DNA from: Clostridia bacterium
Lineage (GTDB): Bacteria; Bacillota; Clostridia; Saccharofermentanales; DTU023
Length of the DNA: 64,000 nt
NCBI GenBank assembly: GCA_040767365.1
Contig: JAXGOR010000004.1
Location: 971-64,970 of the forward strand
Direction of reading: 5' to 3'
The position numbers were made by a program, and so were the translations under genes. A model generated the notes under the pieces. The model saw only the letters and a list, made by a program, of their open reading frames with translations, did no database searches and had not been told where the DNA came from. How positions within the stretch are numbered: position 1 is the first letter of the stretch; each line of letters opens with the position of its first letter. This document shows, piece after piece, positions 15,124 to 24,487 of the stretch.

Positions 15124-16968
15124 TCAGTCCTTGGGCCGGGTGGGCTCCGTCAGGGTCTCCTCCAGGGAGAGCTGGCTGGCGTAGTCGGAGGTCGGAAGCG
15201 TGGGCAGGGGATAATTGGCCTTGTACTGCTTGTACATGACCTCGAACATATGCTCCTTGCGGAAGCTCTGTAAAAAGGCGTGCTGACCCAGCCTGTCCTT
15301 TGACAGTTCGATCATGCTGACGGCGATGTTGGAACAGTGGTCGGCGATCCTCTCCATGCTGGTCAGGATGTCCACCAGGATGAAGCCGGGTTCCAGGGTA
15401 CAGCATCCGTCCTGCAGGCGTTGCACATGGCGGGCCTGCAAGGCGTCCGTCAAGTCATCGACCACCTCTTCCAGGGGCTCGATATGGGTGGCCAGCTCCA
15501 GATCGTCATTCACGAAGGCCTCCACCGTGGTGTCCAGGAGCCGACAGACCGCCTGCTTGTAGACGGCCAGCTCGCTCAGGGCGGCGTCCGAGAAGCTGAG
15601 TTGCTTGTCGTGCATCTCCTTGGCGGAGAGGGCGATGCCCAGGGCATGGTCCGATATTCTTTCCAAGTCGCTCAAACTTCGCATGAGGCGGGTCAGGAGG
15701 AGTTTTTCCTGGTCGGTCACCTGCTTGGCGTTGATCTGTACCATGTAGGTCCCCAGCCGGTCCTCATACTGGTCGACCAGGTCCTCCATCTGCCGGGCAT
15801 CCCTGAATTTCTGCGAATCAAAACGGTCGAGCAGGCCGACTGAGGTGATGTACTGCCGCCGGACCAGCTCCGCCATCTGGTTGGTCAGCTGATGGCTCTG
15901 GCTGACAGCAAAGCCCGGCGTTTCCAGGAACCTCCGGTCCAGGGCCCCAAAGACGCCTGCCTCCTCAAAGAGATCACACTCCTCCTCCCCGCCCCTGGCC
16001 GGTGTCATCCAGGTCACCAGCTTGACCAGGCCCCCGCGGAAGGGCAGAAAGAGCGCCGTCGCGCTGATATTGTAGGCCGTATTCAGGAGGGCGATGTCAA
16101 CCGCGTTGGGGTTGTGTGAGAGGAAGGAAAAGGGCCGGATCAAACCAATCAGGTAGAAGGCGGACATGAAAACAGCCGTGCCGAGGACATTGAAAATCAG
16201 ATGGATCAGGGCCGCCCGCTTGGCGTTCCTGGAGGTGTTGACACTGCTGGCAAGCGCGGTCACGCAGGTCCCGATATTCTGGCCCATGATGATGGGGATG
16301 GCCGCGCCGTAGGTCACGGCCCCCGTCAGGGTAAAGGCCTGGAGGATCCCGATCGAGGCCGATGAGCTCTGCAGGAGAGCGGTCAGGACAGCCCCCAGGA
16401 TCATGCCCAGGAAGGGGTTGCTGAAAGCGATGAAGAGCTGGCGGAAGGAGGGGTGGTCCGACAGGGGGACCAGGGCCCCGCTCATGGTCTGCATCCCGAA
16501 CATGAGGATGGCGAAACCAACGACGATCCGGCTGATATTCCGCTTCCGGTCGTCCTTGACCGTGATCATGAAGGCCACGGAGATGATGGCAATGACGGGG
16601 ACGAAGAAGGCAGGGCTCAGGACCTTCAGGTAGGCATTGCCGGCGCTGATGGTACCCAGGCTCAGGATCCAGGCCGTCACGGTCGTCCCGATGTTGGCCC
16701 CCATGATCAGACCGACTGTCTGGGAGAGGGGGAGGAGGCCGGCATTGACCAATCCCACCACCATGACCGTGGTGGCGGCCGATGCCTGGATGACCGCGGT
16801 GACCCCCGCGCCGAGGAAGACTGCCTTGATGGGATTGGAGGTCATGCGCTCCAGCATGAGCTTGAGTCGCGAACCCGAGACGAGCATAAGACTGTCGCTC
16901 ATCTCCTTCATCCCGTATAAAAAAAGTGCCACCCCGCCAAAGAGGGTAACGATACCAATGATATCCAT
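15124..16968 (-). CDS. Na/Pi cotransporter family protein with C-terminal PhoU-like domains
   Basis: 614 aa. The N-terminal half is polytopic (…GANIGTTVTAW…, …GQNIGTCVTA…). The C-terminal half is soluble and helical with RISDHA/RIADHC PhoU repeats. Confidence 0.9.
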   Translation of the reverse strand: MDIIGIVTLFGGVALFLYGMKEMSDSLMLVSGSRLKLMLERMTSNPIKAVFLGAGVTAVIQASAATTVMVVGLVNAGLLPLSQTVGLIMGANIGTTVTAWILSLGTISAGNAYLKVLSPAFFVPVIAIISVAFMITVKDDRKRNISRIVVGFAILMFGMQTMSGALVPLSDHPSFRQLFIAFSNPFLGMILGAVLTALLQSSSASIGILQAFTLTGAVTYGAAIPIIMGQNIGTCVTALASSVNTSRNAKRAALIHLIFNVLGTAVFMSAFYLIGLIRPFSFLSHNPNAVDIALLNTAYNISATALFLPFRGGLVKLVTWMTPARGGEEECDLFEEAGVFGALDRRFLETPGFAVSQSHQLTNQMAELVRRQYITSVGLLDRFDSQKFRDARQMEDLVDQYEDRLGTYMVQINAKQVTDQEKLLLTRLMRSLSDLERISDHALGIALSAKEMHDKQLSFSDAALSELAVYKQAVCRLLDTTVEAFVNDDLELATHIEPLEEVVDDLTDALQARHVQRLQDGCCTLEPGFILVDILTSMERIADHCSNIAVSMIELSKDRLGQHAFLQSFRKEHMFEVMYKQYKANYPLPTLPTSDYASQLSLEETLTEPTRPKD

Positions 16969-17137
16969 GATCCCCTTGAGGGCGCCTTCCTACAAACGCC
17001 CAATCTTTGTCATTATACGCAAAATCCCCCCTCCCCGCCATGCCGGTCCCTGCCAGTGGCGGGCGGTGCTATACTGGATCAAATCCAGGACAGGATAAAG
17101 GCTGGCCAGAACAGCCTTTGAAGGGAATCAGCCCCGC

Positions 17138-17932
17138 ATGCCAAAGAGAAGACCGGTTATCGCCAGCCTGACCCCGGAGGGCCTCCAGCTTGACTGCCTG
17201 GTCGCCTACAACCGGCGGGCCCTCCGGCCCTTGAAAAAGGAGGGGGACCAGACGCCGGCCTGCGATCTGATCGAGCGGGGGATAAAGGACAACTGGTCGG
17301 GGCACTTCCTCCTGACCGGGCCCCTCCGGGAGGCCCTGGAGCTCTTCAGCCGGCGGACGGGCAGTCCCGGCCTGGACAGGGGCCTGACCCATCTGCCGGT
17401 CACCCTTCATATCCGGCGGCTCGAAGCAGGGCTGATGCCGGCCCTGACCTCCCTCCGGCTCGGCCTAACGGGCGGCCGCCGGCCGGTCCGGATCTACCTC
17501 AGGCCCAGCCTTTTCATGCCCGCCCATGTCGCCAGCCCCCTCCTCAGACGCTTCTGGGGGATCTTCCGGACCGGCCAGCTCGAGAGCGTGGGCCTGAACT
17601 GGAGTCCGCGCCATCCGGGCACCATGACCATCCCCACCGACAGCTCCCCCCGCCGGCTCCCCCAGATCGCCGCCCACGAGGCCGGTCATATCTTTGGCCT
17701 GGGCGACGCCTACGGCGCCTGGTACCGGTTTTTCTTCCCCGCCCCCGGGACGGAGGGCTTTATGATGAGGGACAATACCCGGGTCCAGCCCCTGGAGCTG
17801 GCCCTGCTCCTGAGGGCCCAGGCCACGGGCCGCATGCAGTACTTTGAAAGAAGCTTCCGTCCGGGGCTCTTTGCCCGCGGCCTCCTTCGTTCCTTAGGCA
17901 GGCCCTTTCGGCGCCTGCGGAAAAAAAGCTGA
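17138..17932 (+). CDS. hypothetical Arg-rich protein with HExxHxxGxxD zinc-protease-like motif
   Basis: 264 aa with AAHEAGHIFGLGDAY at 17675..17707. No signal peptide or TM segment seen. Confidence 0.5.
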   Translation: MPKRRPVIASLTPEGLQLDCLVAYNRRALRPLKKEGDQTPACDLIERGIKDNWSGHFLLTGPLREALELFSRRTGSPGLDRGLTHLPVTLHIRRLEAGLMPALTSLRLGLTGGRRPVRIYLRPSLFMPAHVASPLLRRFWGIFRTGQLESVGLNWSPRHPGTMTIPTDSSPRRLPQIAAHEAGHIFGLGDAYGAWYRFFFPAPGTEGFMMRDNTRVQPLELALLLRAQATGRMQYFERSFRPGLFARGLLRSLGRPFRRLRKKS

Positions 17933-18050
17933 GCCTGGCCGGTCCCGGCCCCAATATTGTCATCGGCCGCCAGGTAGTCTATTCTGGTGAGTGTCTTTGT
18001 GGCCCGGCCCAAGCCGGCGCCTGGAATTATCATAATAAGGAGGAACTGGC

Positions 18051-19856
18051 ATGCCCCATCAAGCAGAAGCCTTGGATCCGCCCGCGGCGGACAGGAAGAA
18101 AGAGCAGGTCGCGGCCGTGACGACGGACCGGGACGCCGGCAAGGGACCGGACATGCACGCCTTCTGGCATAGCAGTTCCCATGTCCTGGCCCATGCGGTC
18201 AAGCGGCTCTGGCCCGCTACCAAGCTGGCCATCGGGCCCGCCATCGAGAATGGTTTCTACTACGATTTTGACCGGGAAGGTGGCTTCTCCACGGAGGACC
18301 TGGAGGCCATCGAGCGGGAGATGGCCAAGATTGTCAAGGCCAACTACAAGATCGAGCGTTTCACCCTCCCCCGGGAGGAGGCCCTGGCCCTGATCCGGGA
18401 GCAGGATGAACCCTACAAGCTGGAGATGGTGGAGGCCCTGCCCGAGGGTGAGGAGATCTCCTTTTACCGGCAGGGTGACTTCACCGACCTTTGCGCCGGA
18501 CCCCATGTCCGCTATACCAGGCAGATCAGGGCCTTCAAGCTGACCAGCGTCTCGGGCGCCTACTGGCATGGCGACGAGAAGAACAAGATGCTGACCCGTA
18601 TCTACGGTATCTCCTTCCCGACCCGGAAGGAACTCGAGGATTACCTGGCCCTCCTGGAGGAGGCCAAGGCCCGCGACCACAGGAAGCTGGGCCGTGAACT
18701 CGAGCTCTTCCTCCTGTCCGAGGCCGGCCCCGGCTTTCCCTTCCTCCTGCCCAAGGGGGTGGTCCTGAAGGACCTCCTGGTGGATTATTGGAAGAAGCTC
18801 CATTATGAGGCCGGCTATGTCCTGATCCAAACTCCCATGATCCTCTCCCGCAAGCTCTGGGAGGAATCGGGGCACTGGGACCACTACCAGGACAATATGT
18901 ATACCGTGACCATCGACCAGGAGGATTATGCCGTCAAGCCCATGAACTGCCCGGGCGCCATGCTGGTCTTCAGGAGCAAGCCGCACTCCTACCGGGACCT
19001 GCCGATCAGGATGGGCGAACTGGGCCTGGTCCACCGTCACGAGAAATCGGGCACCCTCCACGGCCTCATGCGGGTCAGGGCCTTTACCCAGGATGACGCC
19101 CACCTCTTCATGACGCCCGACCAGATGGCCGATGAGATCGCGGGCATCGTCAGGCTGATCCACGGCCTCTACACAGGCTTCGGCTTCGATTACAGCGTGG
19201 AGCTTTCGACCCGGCCGGACAAGGCCATGGGCTCGGTCGAGGACTGGACCCGGGCTGAGGGGATCCTGGCCGGGGTCCTGGACAAGCTGGGGACCCCCTA
19301 CACCGTCAACGAGGGCGATGGCGCCTTTTACGGACCCAAGATCGATTTTCATATCCGGGACGCCCTGGGCCGGAGCTGGCAGTGCGGGACTGTCCAGCTG
19401 GATTTCCAGATGCCCCAGCGCTTTGAACTGGAGTACACGGGCTCCGATGGCGAAAAACACCGCCCCATCGTAGTCCACCGGGTGGCCTATGGGGCCCTTG
19501 AGCGCTTCATGGCGATCCTGATCGAGCACTTCGCCGGCAAATTCCCCCTCTGGCTCTCCCCCGAGCAGGTCCGGGTCCTGTCGATCTCCCAGCAGAACGC
19601 TCCCTACGCCGAGGAGCTCCTGGCCGCCTTGAAGGAGGCAGGCCTGCGGGCCGAGCTCGACCTCAGGGACGAGAAGATCGGCTACAAGATCCGGGAGGCC
19701 CAGCTGGCCAAGGTACCCTATATGCTGATCGTGGGCGACAAGGAGACTGAGGGCGGGACCGTCTCCGTCCGGAGCCGGGACCGGGGCGACCTGGGCACAC
19801 TCAGCCTGGCGGATTTCCTGGCCAGGGCTGAGGAAGAACAGGCGTCCAGGGCCTGA
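18051..19856 (+). CDS. thrS: threonine--tRNA ligase (lacks the N-terminal TGS domain)
   Basis: Has the HSSSHVLAHAVKRLWP editing-domain motif, a class II core and an anticodon-binding domain. A strong SD (AAGGAGG) lies 7 nt before the ATG. Confidence 0.9.
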   Translation: MPHQAEALDPPAADRKKEQVAAVTTDRDAGKGPDMHAFWHSSSHVLAHAVKRLWPATKLAIGPAIENGFYYDFDREGGFSTEDLEAIEREMAKIVKANYKIERFTLPREEALALIREQDEPYKLEMVEALPEGEEISFYRQGDFTDLCAGPHVRYTRQIRAFKLTSVSGAYWHGDEKNKMLTRIYGISFPTRKELEDYLALLEEAKARDHRKLGRELELFLLSEAGPGFPFLLPKGVVLKDLLVDYWKKLHYEAGYVLIQTPMILSRKLWEESGHWDHYQDNMYTVTIDQEDYAVKPMNCPGAMLVFRSKPHSYRDLPIRMGELGLVHRHEKSGTLHGLMRVRAFTQDDAHLFMTPDQMADEIAGIVRLIHGLYTGFGFDYSVELSTRPDKAMGSVEDWTRAEGILAGVLDKLGTPYTVNEGDGAFYGPKIDFHIRDALGRSWQCGTVQLDFQMPQRFELEYTGSDGEKHRPIVVHRVAYGALERFMAILIEHFAGKFPLWLSPEQVRVLSISQQNAPYAEELLAALKEAGLRAELDLRDEKIGYKIREAQLAKVPYMLIVGDKETEGGTVSVRSRDRGDLGTLSLADFLARAEEEQASRA

Positions 19857-19888
19857 TTCCGGCCCCGGCCGGAAATAAGGGTACAGCC

Positions 19889-21064
19889 ATGGATGACAGG
19901 GAAGAGACAAATCACTCCGGCCGCCCCAGGACGCGGCTGGCCGGCCCCCTTATTTTCTGCGCCGCCAGCGGCCTTGTGGCCCTGATCCTCCTCCTCTTTC
20001 GCGCCATCGCCTTCCAGCGGCCGGTCCTCGCGGAAGTCTACAGCCGATACATCTTCACGCCCCTGGCCCGGATCTGGACCTGGCCGGTCAGCCTGGTCCC
20101 CTTCTCGATCACTGAATGCCTGCTTGTGGCCGGCACGCCCCTGGCCCTGTTTTTCCTGGTCTTTGGCCTGGTCCGCCTGATCCGGAGGAGGGAGGAGGCC
20201 GGGCGGAGGGCCCTGAGGGCTGGCCTGGCCGTCCTGGGCATCGCCTTCCTCCTCCTATCCCTCTTCATGCTCTTCCACGGCATGAACTACGCCCGCCCCC
20301 CTCTGGCTGATTCCCTGGGACTCCCCGTCCATGAACGGCCTGTCGAGGACCTGGAGGCGGCCATGCGAAGACTGGGACGGGCCGCCTCCGAGGTCAGGGA
20401 GGGCCTGGCGGAGGACGAACAGGGCGTCCTTGAGGCCGGACCGGTGAAGGAGATCTTCCGGACGGCCTTCCAGGGCTGGGACCAGGCGGCTACCCACTGG
20501 CCCGCGCTTTCCAGTCCGGTCCGGGCCAGGCCCAAGGGGGTCCTCCTGTCGCGCTACTGGTCCCATACCCGGATCGTGGGCCTTTATATGCCCCTCCTGG
20601 TCGAGCCCAATGTCAACATCGACCAGCCGGCTTTCATGATCCCCGTTACGGCCGCCCACGAGATGGCCCATGCCCGGGGCCTGGCCCGGGAGGCTGATTG
20701 CGATTTCGCCGCCATCCTCAGCTGCCTCTCCCATGACCAGGCCCTCTGGCGCTATTCGGGCTTGATCAGCGCCTGGAAAAGTGTCGGCCGGCGCCTGTGG
20801 GAGGAAGACCAGGACAGTTGGAACCGGATCTACACCGAGACCCTGTCACCCGGGGTCATCCGTGACCTGGAGGCTGAAAGAGCTTACTGGAAAGCCTTCG
20901 AAACGCCGCTGGCGGATATTTCTGAAAGAATCAATGACGCCTATCTCAAGGCCAACCGGGTACGGGAGGGCGTGAAAAGCTATGGGGCCGTCGTCGACCT
21001 CCTCCTGGCCTGGCTTGAGACCCTCGATTCCCTGACTCTCCTGCCGGAGGAGGCTATTGAATAG
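19889..21064 (+). CDS. DUF3810 domain-containing membrane protein (HExxH)
   Basis: 391 aa with N-terminal TM helices and VTAAHEMAHARG, typical of the DUF3810 family. Confidence 0.65.
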   Translation: MDDREETNHSGRPRTRLAGPLIFCAASGLVALILLLFRAIAFQRPVLAEVYSRYIFTPLARIWTWPVSLVPFSITECLLVAGTPLALFFLVFGLVRLIRRREEAGRRALRAGLAVLGIAFLLLSLFMLFHGMNYARPPLADSLGLPVHERPVEDLEAAMRRLGRAASEVREGLAEDEQGVLEAGPVKEIFRTAFQGWDQAATHWPALSSPVRARPKGVLLSRYWSHTRIVGLYMPLLVEPNVNIDQPAFMIPVTAAHEMAHARGLAREADCDFAAILSCLSHDQALWRYSGLISAWKSVGRRLWEEDQDSWNRIYTETLSPGVIRDLEAERAYWKAFETPLADISERINDAYLKANRVREGVKSYGAVVDLLLAWLETLDSLTLLPEEAIE

Positions 21065-21126
21065 GCAGCCGCCTGTATTGACAATCGAGGAAGAGGACAT
21101 ACAATGAGTGACAGAGAGAATTTGAT

Positions 21127-22542
21127 ATGGTATTTTCGTCCCTGATATTTTTGTATGTCTTCCTGCCGCTTTGCCTGCTCGCCGTCTGGATGACCCCCAA
21201 TATCCGCGTCCAAAATGCCCTCCTCCTCCTCGCCTCCCTCTTCTTCTACGCTTGGGGGGAACCCGTCTACATCCTCCTCATGATCTTCACCACCCTGGTC
21301 ATCTGGCTCTGCGGCTATGGCATGGGCCGGACCCGGAACAGTGGAAAACGAAAGCTTTACCTGATTGTGGCAACGGTCATCGCCCTCTCCTGCCTCCTCT
21401 TCTTCAAGTACACGGGTTTCCTGGTTGAACTCCTGAACTACCTGCCTTTCTTCAACTTTCCCCCGCCCCGGATTTCCCTGCCGATCGGGATTTCCTTCTA
21501 CACCTTCCAGGCCTTGACCTACATCATCGACCTTTACCGGGGCCAGATCCGGACCCAGCGCTCCTACACCCGTTTCCTGCTTTACGTCTCCCTCTTCCCC
21601 CAACTTATCGCGGGCCCCATCGTCCGCTATGCCGACATTGAAACCGCCCTTTCCCACAGGCAGATTACTTTTGACGGCATGGCGTCAGGGATCGGCCGTT
21701 TCCTGGTCGGCCTGGCCAAGAAGGTCCTGATCGCCAACTATGCCAGCGAGATCGTCGAGCTCTGCCTGGAATCCAGTCACTTTGAGCAGATCAGCTCCGC
21801 GACGGCCCTTCTGGGGCTTGTGGCCTACGCCATCCAGATCTATTTCGACTTTTCGGGTTATTCGGACATGGCCATTGGGCTCGGCCGTATGTTCGGCTTC
21901 CATTTCCTGGAAAATTTCCGCTATCCCTACATCGCCACCACCATCACGGAATTCTGGCGGCGCTGGCATATCTCCCTCAGTACCTTCTTCCGGGACTATG
22001 TCTATATCCCCCTGGGCGGCAGGAGGCGGCATGCCTTCCGCAATATGTTCATTGTCTGGTTCCTGACCGGCCTCTGGCATGGCGCCAACCTCAATTTTGT
22101 CTTCTGGGGCCTTTACTACTTCCTCCTCCTGGTCATCGAGCGGCTCCTGATCCTGCCCATCAAGGACAAGATTCCCCGCCCGATCGGCCATGTGACCACC
22201 ATGCTGGCTGTACTGGCTGGCTGGAGCCTTTTCTATTTCACCGACAGTTCCCGTTTCCTGACTTTCTGGGGCAGGATCTTTTCACCCGGCCTGGCCGGCT
22301 TCGCCGATATAGAGGCCAAGATCCTCTGGCGTCAGCACCTGATCTTTGTCCTTGTCGCCTTTATCCTGGCCACTCCCCTCCTGCCCTGGCTGCAAAGGAA
22401 ACTGAAACGGCCCCTGCGGCAGCTGGAAACCTCACGGGTAGGAGGTCTCCTCCAATCGGCCCTGGTCCTGGTATTGCTCCTGATCTCGACCGCTTCCCTG
22501 GTGGCCTCCAGCTACAATCCCTTCTTGTATTTCCGTTTTTAG
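21127..22542 (+). CDS. MBOAT family O-acyltransferase (AlgI/DltB-like)
   Basis: 471 aa, polytopic, with FWRRWHISLSTFFRDYVYIPLGG and the conserved His region LTGLWHGA. Confidence 0.9.
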   Translation: MVFSSLIFLYVFLPLCLLAVWMTPNIRVQNALLLLASLFFYAWGEPVYILLMIFTTLVIWLCGYGMGRTRNSGKRKLYLIVATVIALSCLLFFKYTGFLVELLNYLPFFNFPPPRISLPIGISFYTFQALTYIIDLYRGQIRTQRSYTRFLLYVSLFPQLIAGPIVRYADIETALSHRQITFDGMASGIGRFLVGLAKKVLIANYASEIVELCLESSHFEQISSATALLGLVAYAIQIYFDFSGYSDMAIGLGRMFGFHFLENFRYPYIATTITEFWRRWHISLSTFFRDYVYIPLGGRRRHAFRNMFIVWFLTGLWHGANLNFVFWGLYYFLLLVIERLLILPIKDKIPRPIGHVTTMLAVLAGWSLFYFTDSSRFLTFWGRIFSPGLAGFADIEAKILWRQHLIFVLVAFILATPLLPWLQRKLKRPLRQLETSRVGGLLQSALVLVLLLISTASLVASSYNPFLYFRF

Positions 22543-22555
22543 GACAGGAGCCCTT

Positions 22556-23902
22556 ATGAGAAGAAGACGTCAAAGCAATCAAGCCCTCCTGATCGTGACC
22601 TTCCTGGTCAGTTTACTGGTCCTGGGCCTTCTGCACCCCCTCCTCCCCGAAAAAGAGATCTCCGAGGATGAGGGAAGGCGGCTCAAGCACTTCCCCAAAC
22701 TCTCCTATGCGGATGCTCTGACCGGCCAGCAGGCAGTCAAAATTGAAGCCTGGTACAACGATCAATTCCCCTTTCGTGAGCGCTTCATCGCCGCCGGCAA
22801 GCGCTGGCGCGCCGCCTATCCCAACCTGAATCCGGACGGCCTGGCCCTTTTTCTGGTACCGGATGAAGAAGGCGTTGAAATCCCCGACCAGACGGAGCCC
22901 GAACCGGAACCGGCACCAACAGGGACGGAACCGCCCCTGCCCCCGGACCAGCCCCCGACGACGGCGCCGGAAGTGACAACCCCCCCCCTGCCTCCCCCGC
23001 AGGATCCCATCGACGAACTGGTCTCCACCAAGTTGCTCCTGATCATCAACAACCGGGCCATGGAGCGCTATTACGGCAATGAAAGCGCGCTCAAGGCCTA
23101 TGCCGGCCGCCTGAATGCCCTCAAGGACAAGCTCGGTCCGGAGACTCAGCTGTACAGCCTGATCGCGCCGACCGCCATCGAATTGTTCGCGCCCGAAGAG
23201 CATCACTCGGGCTTCTCCTCCCAGATCGACTGCATAGGGATCGTCCGCGACGCCCTCGATCCCGCGGTCCGGAGTGTCGACGCCTATCAGCAGCTCCTCT
23301 ACCACCGCGACCAATATATCTACTACCGGACGGACCACCACTGGACAGGCCTGGGCGCCTACTACGCCTACCGGGCCTTCTGTGAATCGGCCGGCCTCCA
23401 GGCGGCCGCCCTGGAGGATATGGAGCACTACCAGATCGAAGGGACCTATCTGGGCTCCCTCTACCGGGTGTCCAAGAATCAGGGACTGAAGGATAATCCC
23501 GACACGACGGAAGGCTGGCGGCCCCGGGTGGACTACAAGGCGACAGCCTGGGACAACAGTGAAATGACCGTCACCTACCCCGTCCGTCTGAACGATGAGA
23601 GAAGCAAGGGAGCCAACAGCTATCTCAATTTTTCAGGCGGTGACCGGGCCCTCCTGAAGATTGAGACCGAAAACGGGAACGGACGCAAGCTCCTGGTGAT
23701 CAAGGATTCTTTCGGAAACGCCTTTGTCCCCTATCTGGTCAATCATTTTGATGAGATCTATGTCATCGACCCGCGCTACTACGTCCGCAGCGTCCAAAAC
23801 CTGGTCAAGGAGAACGGGATTACTGATCTTCTGGTCCTCAACTATATGTTCGGAACCTCCAATCAGACCTGGCTCAAGGGCTTCGATCTCATCACCCAAT
23901 AA
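22556..23902 (+). CDS. DHHW family protein (AlgX/AlgJ-like SGNH partner of MBOAT)
   Basis: Signal anchor, Pro-rich linker and the YYRTDHHWTGLGAYYAY motif. Confidence 0.8.
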   Translation: MRRRRQSNQALLIVTFLVSLLVLGLLHPLLPEKEISEDEGRRLKHFPKLSYADALTGQQAVKIEAWYNDQFPFRERFIAAGKRWRAAYPNLNPDGLALFLVPDEEGVEIPDQTEPEPEPAPTGTEPPLPPDQPPTTAPEVTTPPLPPPQDPIDELVSTKLLLIINNRAMERYYGNESALKAYAGRLNALKDKLGPETQLYSLIAPTAIELFAPEEHHSGFSSQIDCIGIVRDALDPAVRSVDAYQQLLYHRDQYIYYRTDHHWTGLGAYYAYRAFCESAGLQAAALEDMEHYQIEGTYLGSLYRVSKNQGLKDNPDTTEGWRPRVDYKATAWDNSEMTVTYPVRLNDERSKGANSYLNFSGGDRALLKIETENGNGRKLLVIKDSFGNAFVPYLVNHFDEIYVIDPRYYVRSVQNLVKENGITDLLVLNYMFGTSNQTWLKGFDLITQ

Positions 23903-23944
23903 GGACAGACCCGTGTTAAGATGGAAAGAAAAAAAGGAGACCCT

Positions 23945-24436
23945 ATGCAGATAACGCTCCCCCAGCTACCCCTGACTCCGCAAGCTTTCGCCGCCCTGGC
24001 GGCCGACTGGATGACCCGGCCGGAAGGGACGGCCGCCCTCCTGATCGTGGCGCTCAAGACCTATATCGAGGACCGGGAGGCCGGTCTTGCCATGCTGGAA
24101 CAGCTCCAAGGTCCCCGCCCCTTGTCCAATCACGACAGGCAGTTCATCCGGGACCGGCTCCTGGACAAGCCCTACCTGCCGGACTCCTACCTGGTGGGCG
24201 CCCGGCCCGACAATAATTACACACCCGACCAACCGCTGACCGTCCGGCTGGAACCCGACCCGGTCCCGGTCGAGAGCGAGGAGTTCACAAGACTGCGTCT
24301 GAGTTCGTCGGGCGCCGACAGCCCCCGGCTTGTGTCCCTGCGCCAGCAAAAAACCAGCGGGATCTGGTATCTCTGGGACTATCCCGGCTTCCTGTCCGGC
24401 ATCCGGATCCCCCTCTCGGAGGATCCCTGGGCCTGA
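23945..24436 (+). CDS. hypothetical protein
   Basis: MQITLPQLPLTPQAFAALAADW... ATG at 23945 preceded by AAAGGAG. No family recognised. Confidence 0.45.
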   Translation: MQITLPQLPLTPQAFAALAADWMTRPEGTAALLIVALKTYIEDREAGLAMLEQLQGPRPLSNHDRQFIRDRLLDKPYLPDSYLVGARPDNNYTPDQPLTVRLEPDPVPVESEEFTRLRLSSSGADSPRLVSLRQQKTSGIWYLWDYPGFLSGIRIPLSEDPWA

Positions 24437-24458
24437 ACCCCAACAAGACAGGCTTCCC

Positions 24459-24484
24459 GATAGACCGCCGGCCGGCGGTCTATC
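24459..24484. terminator. Bidirectional hairpin terminator between convergent genes
   Basis: GATAGACCGCCGG|CCGGCGGTCTATC, a perfect 26-nt palindrome. Confidence 0.65.
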
Positions 24485-24487
24485 GCT

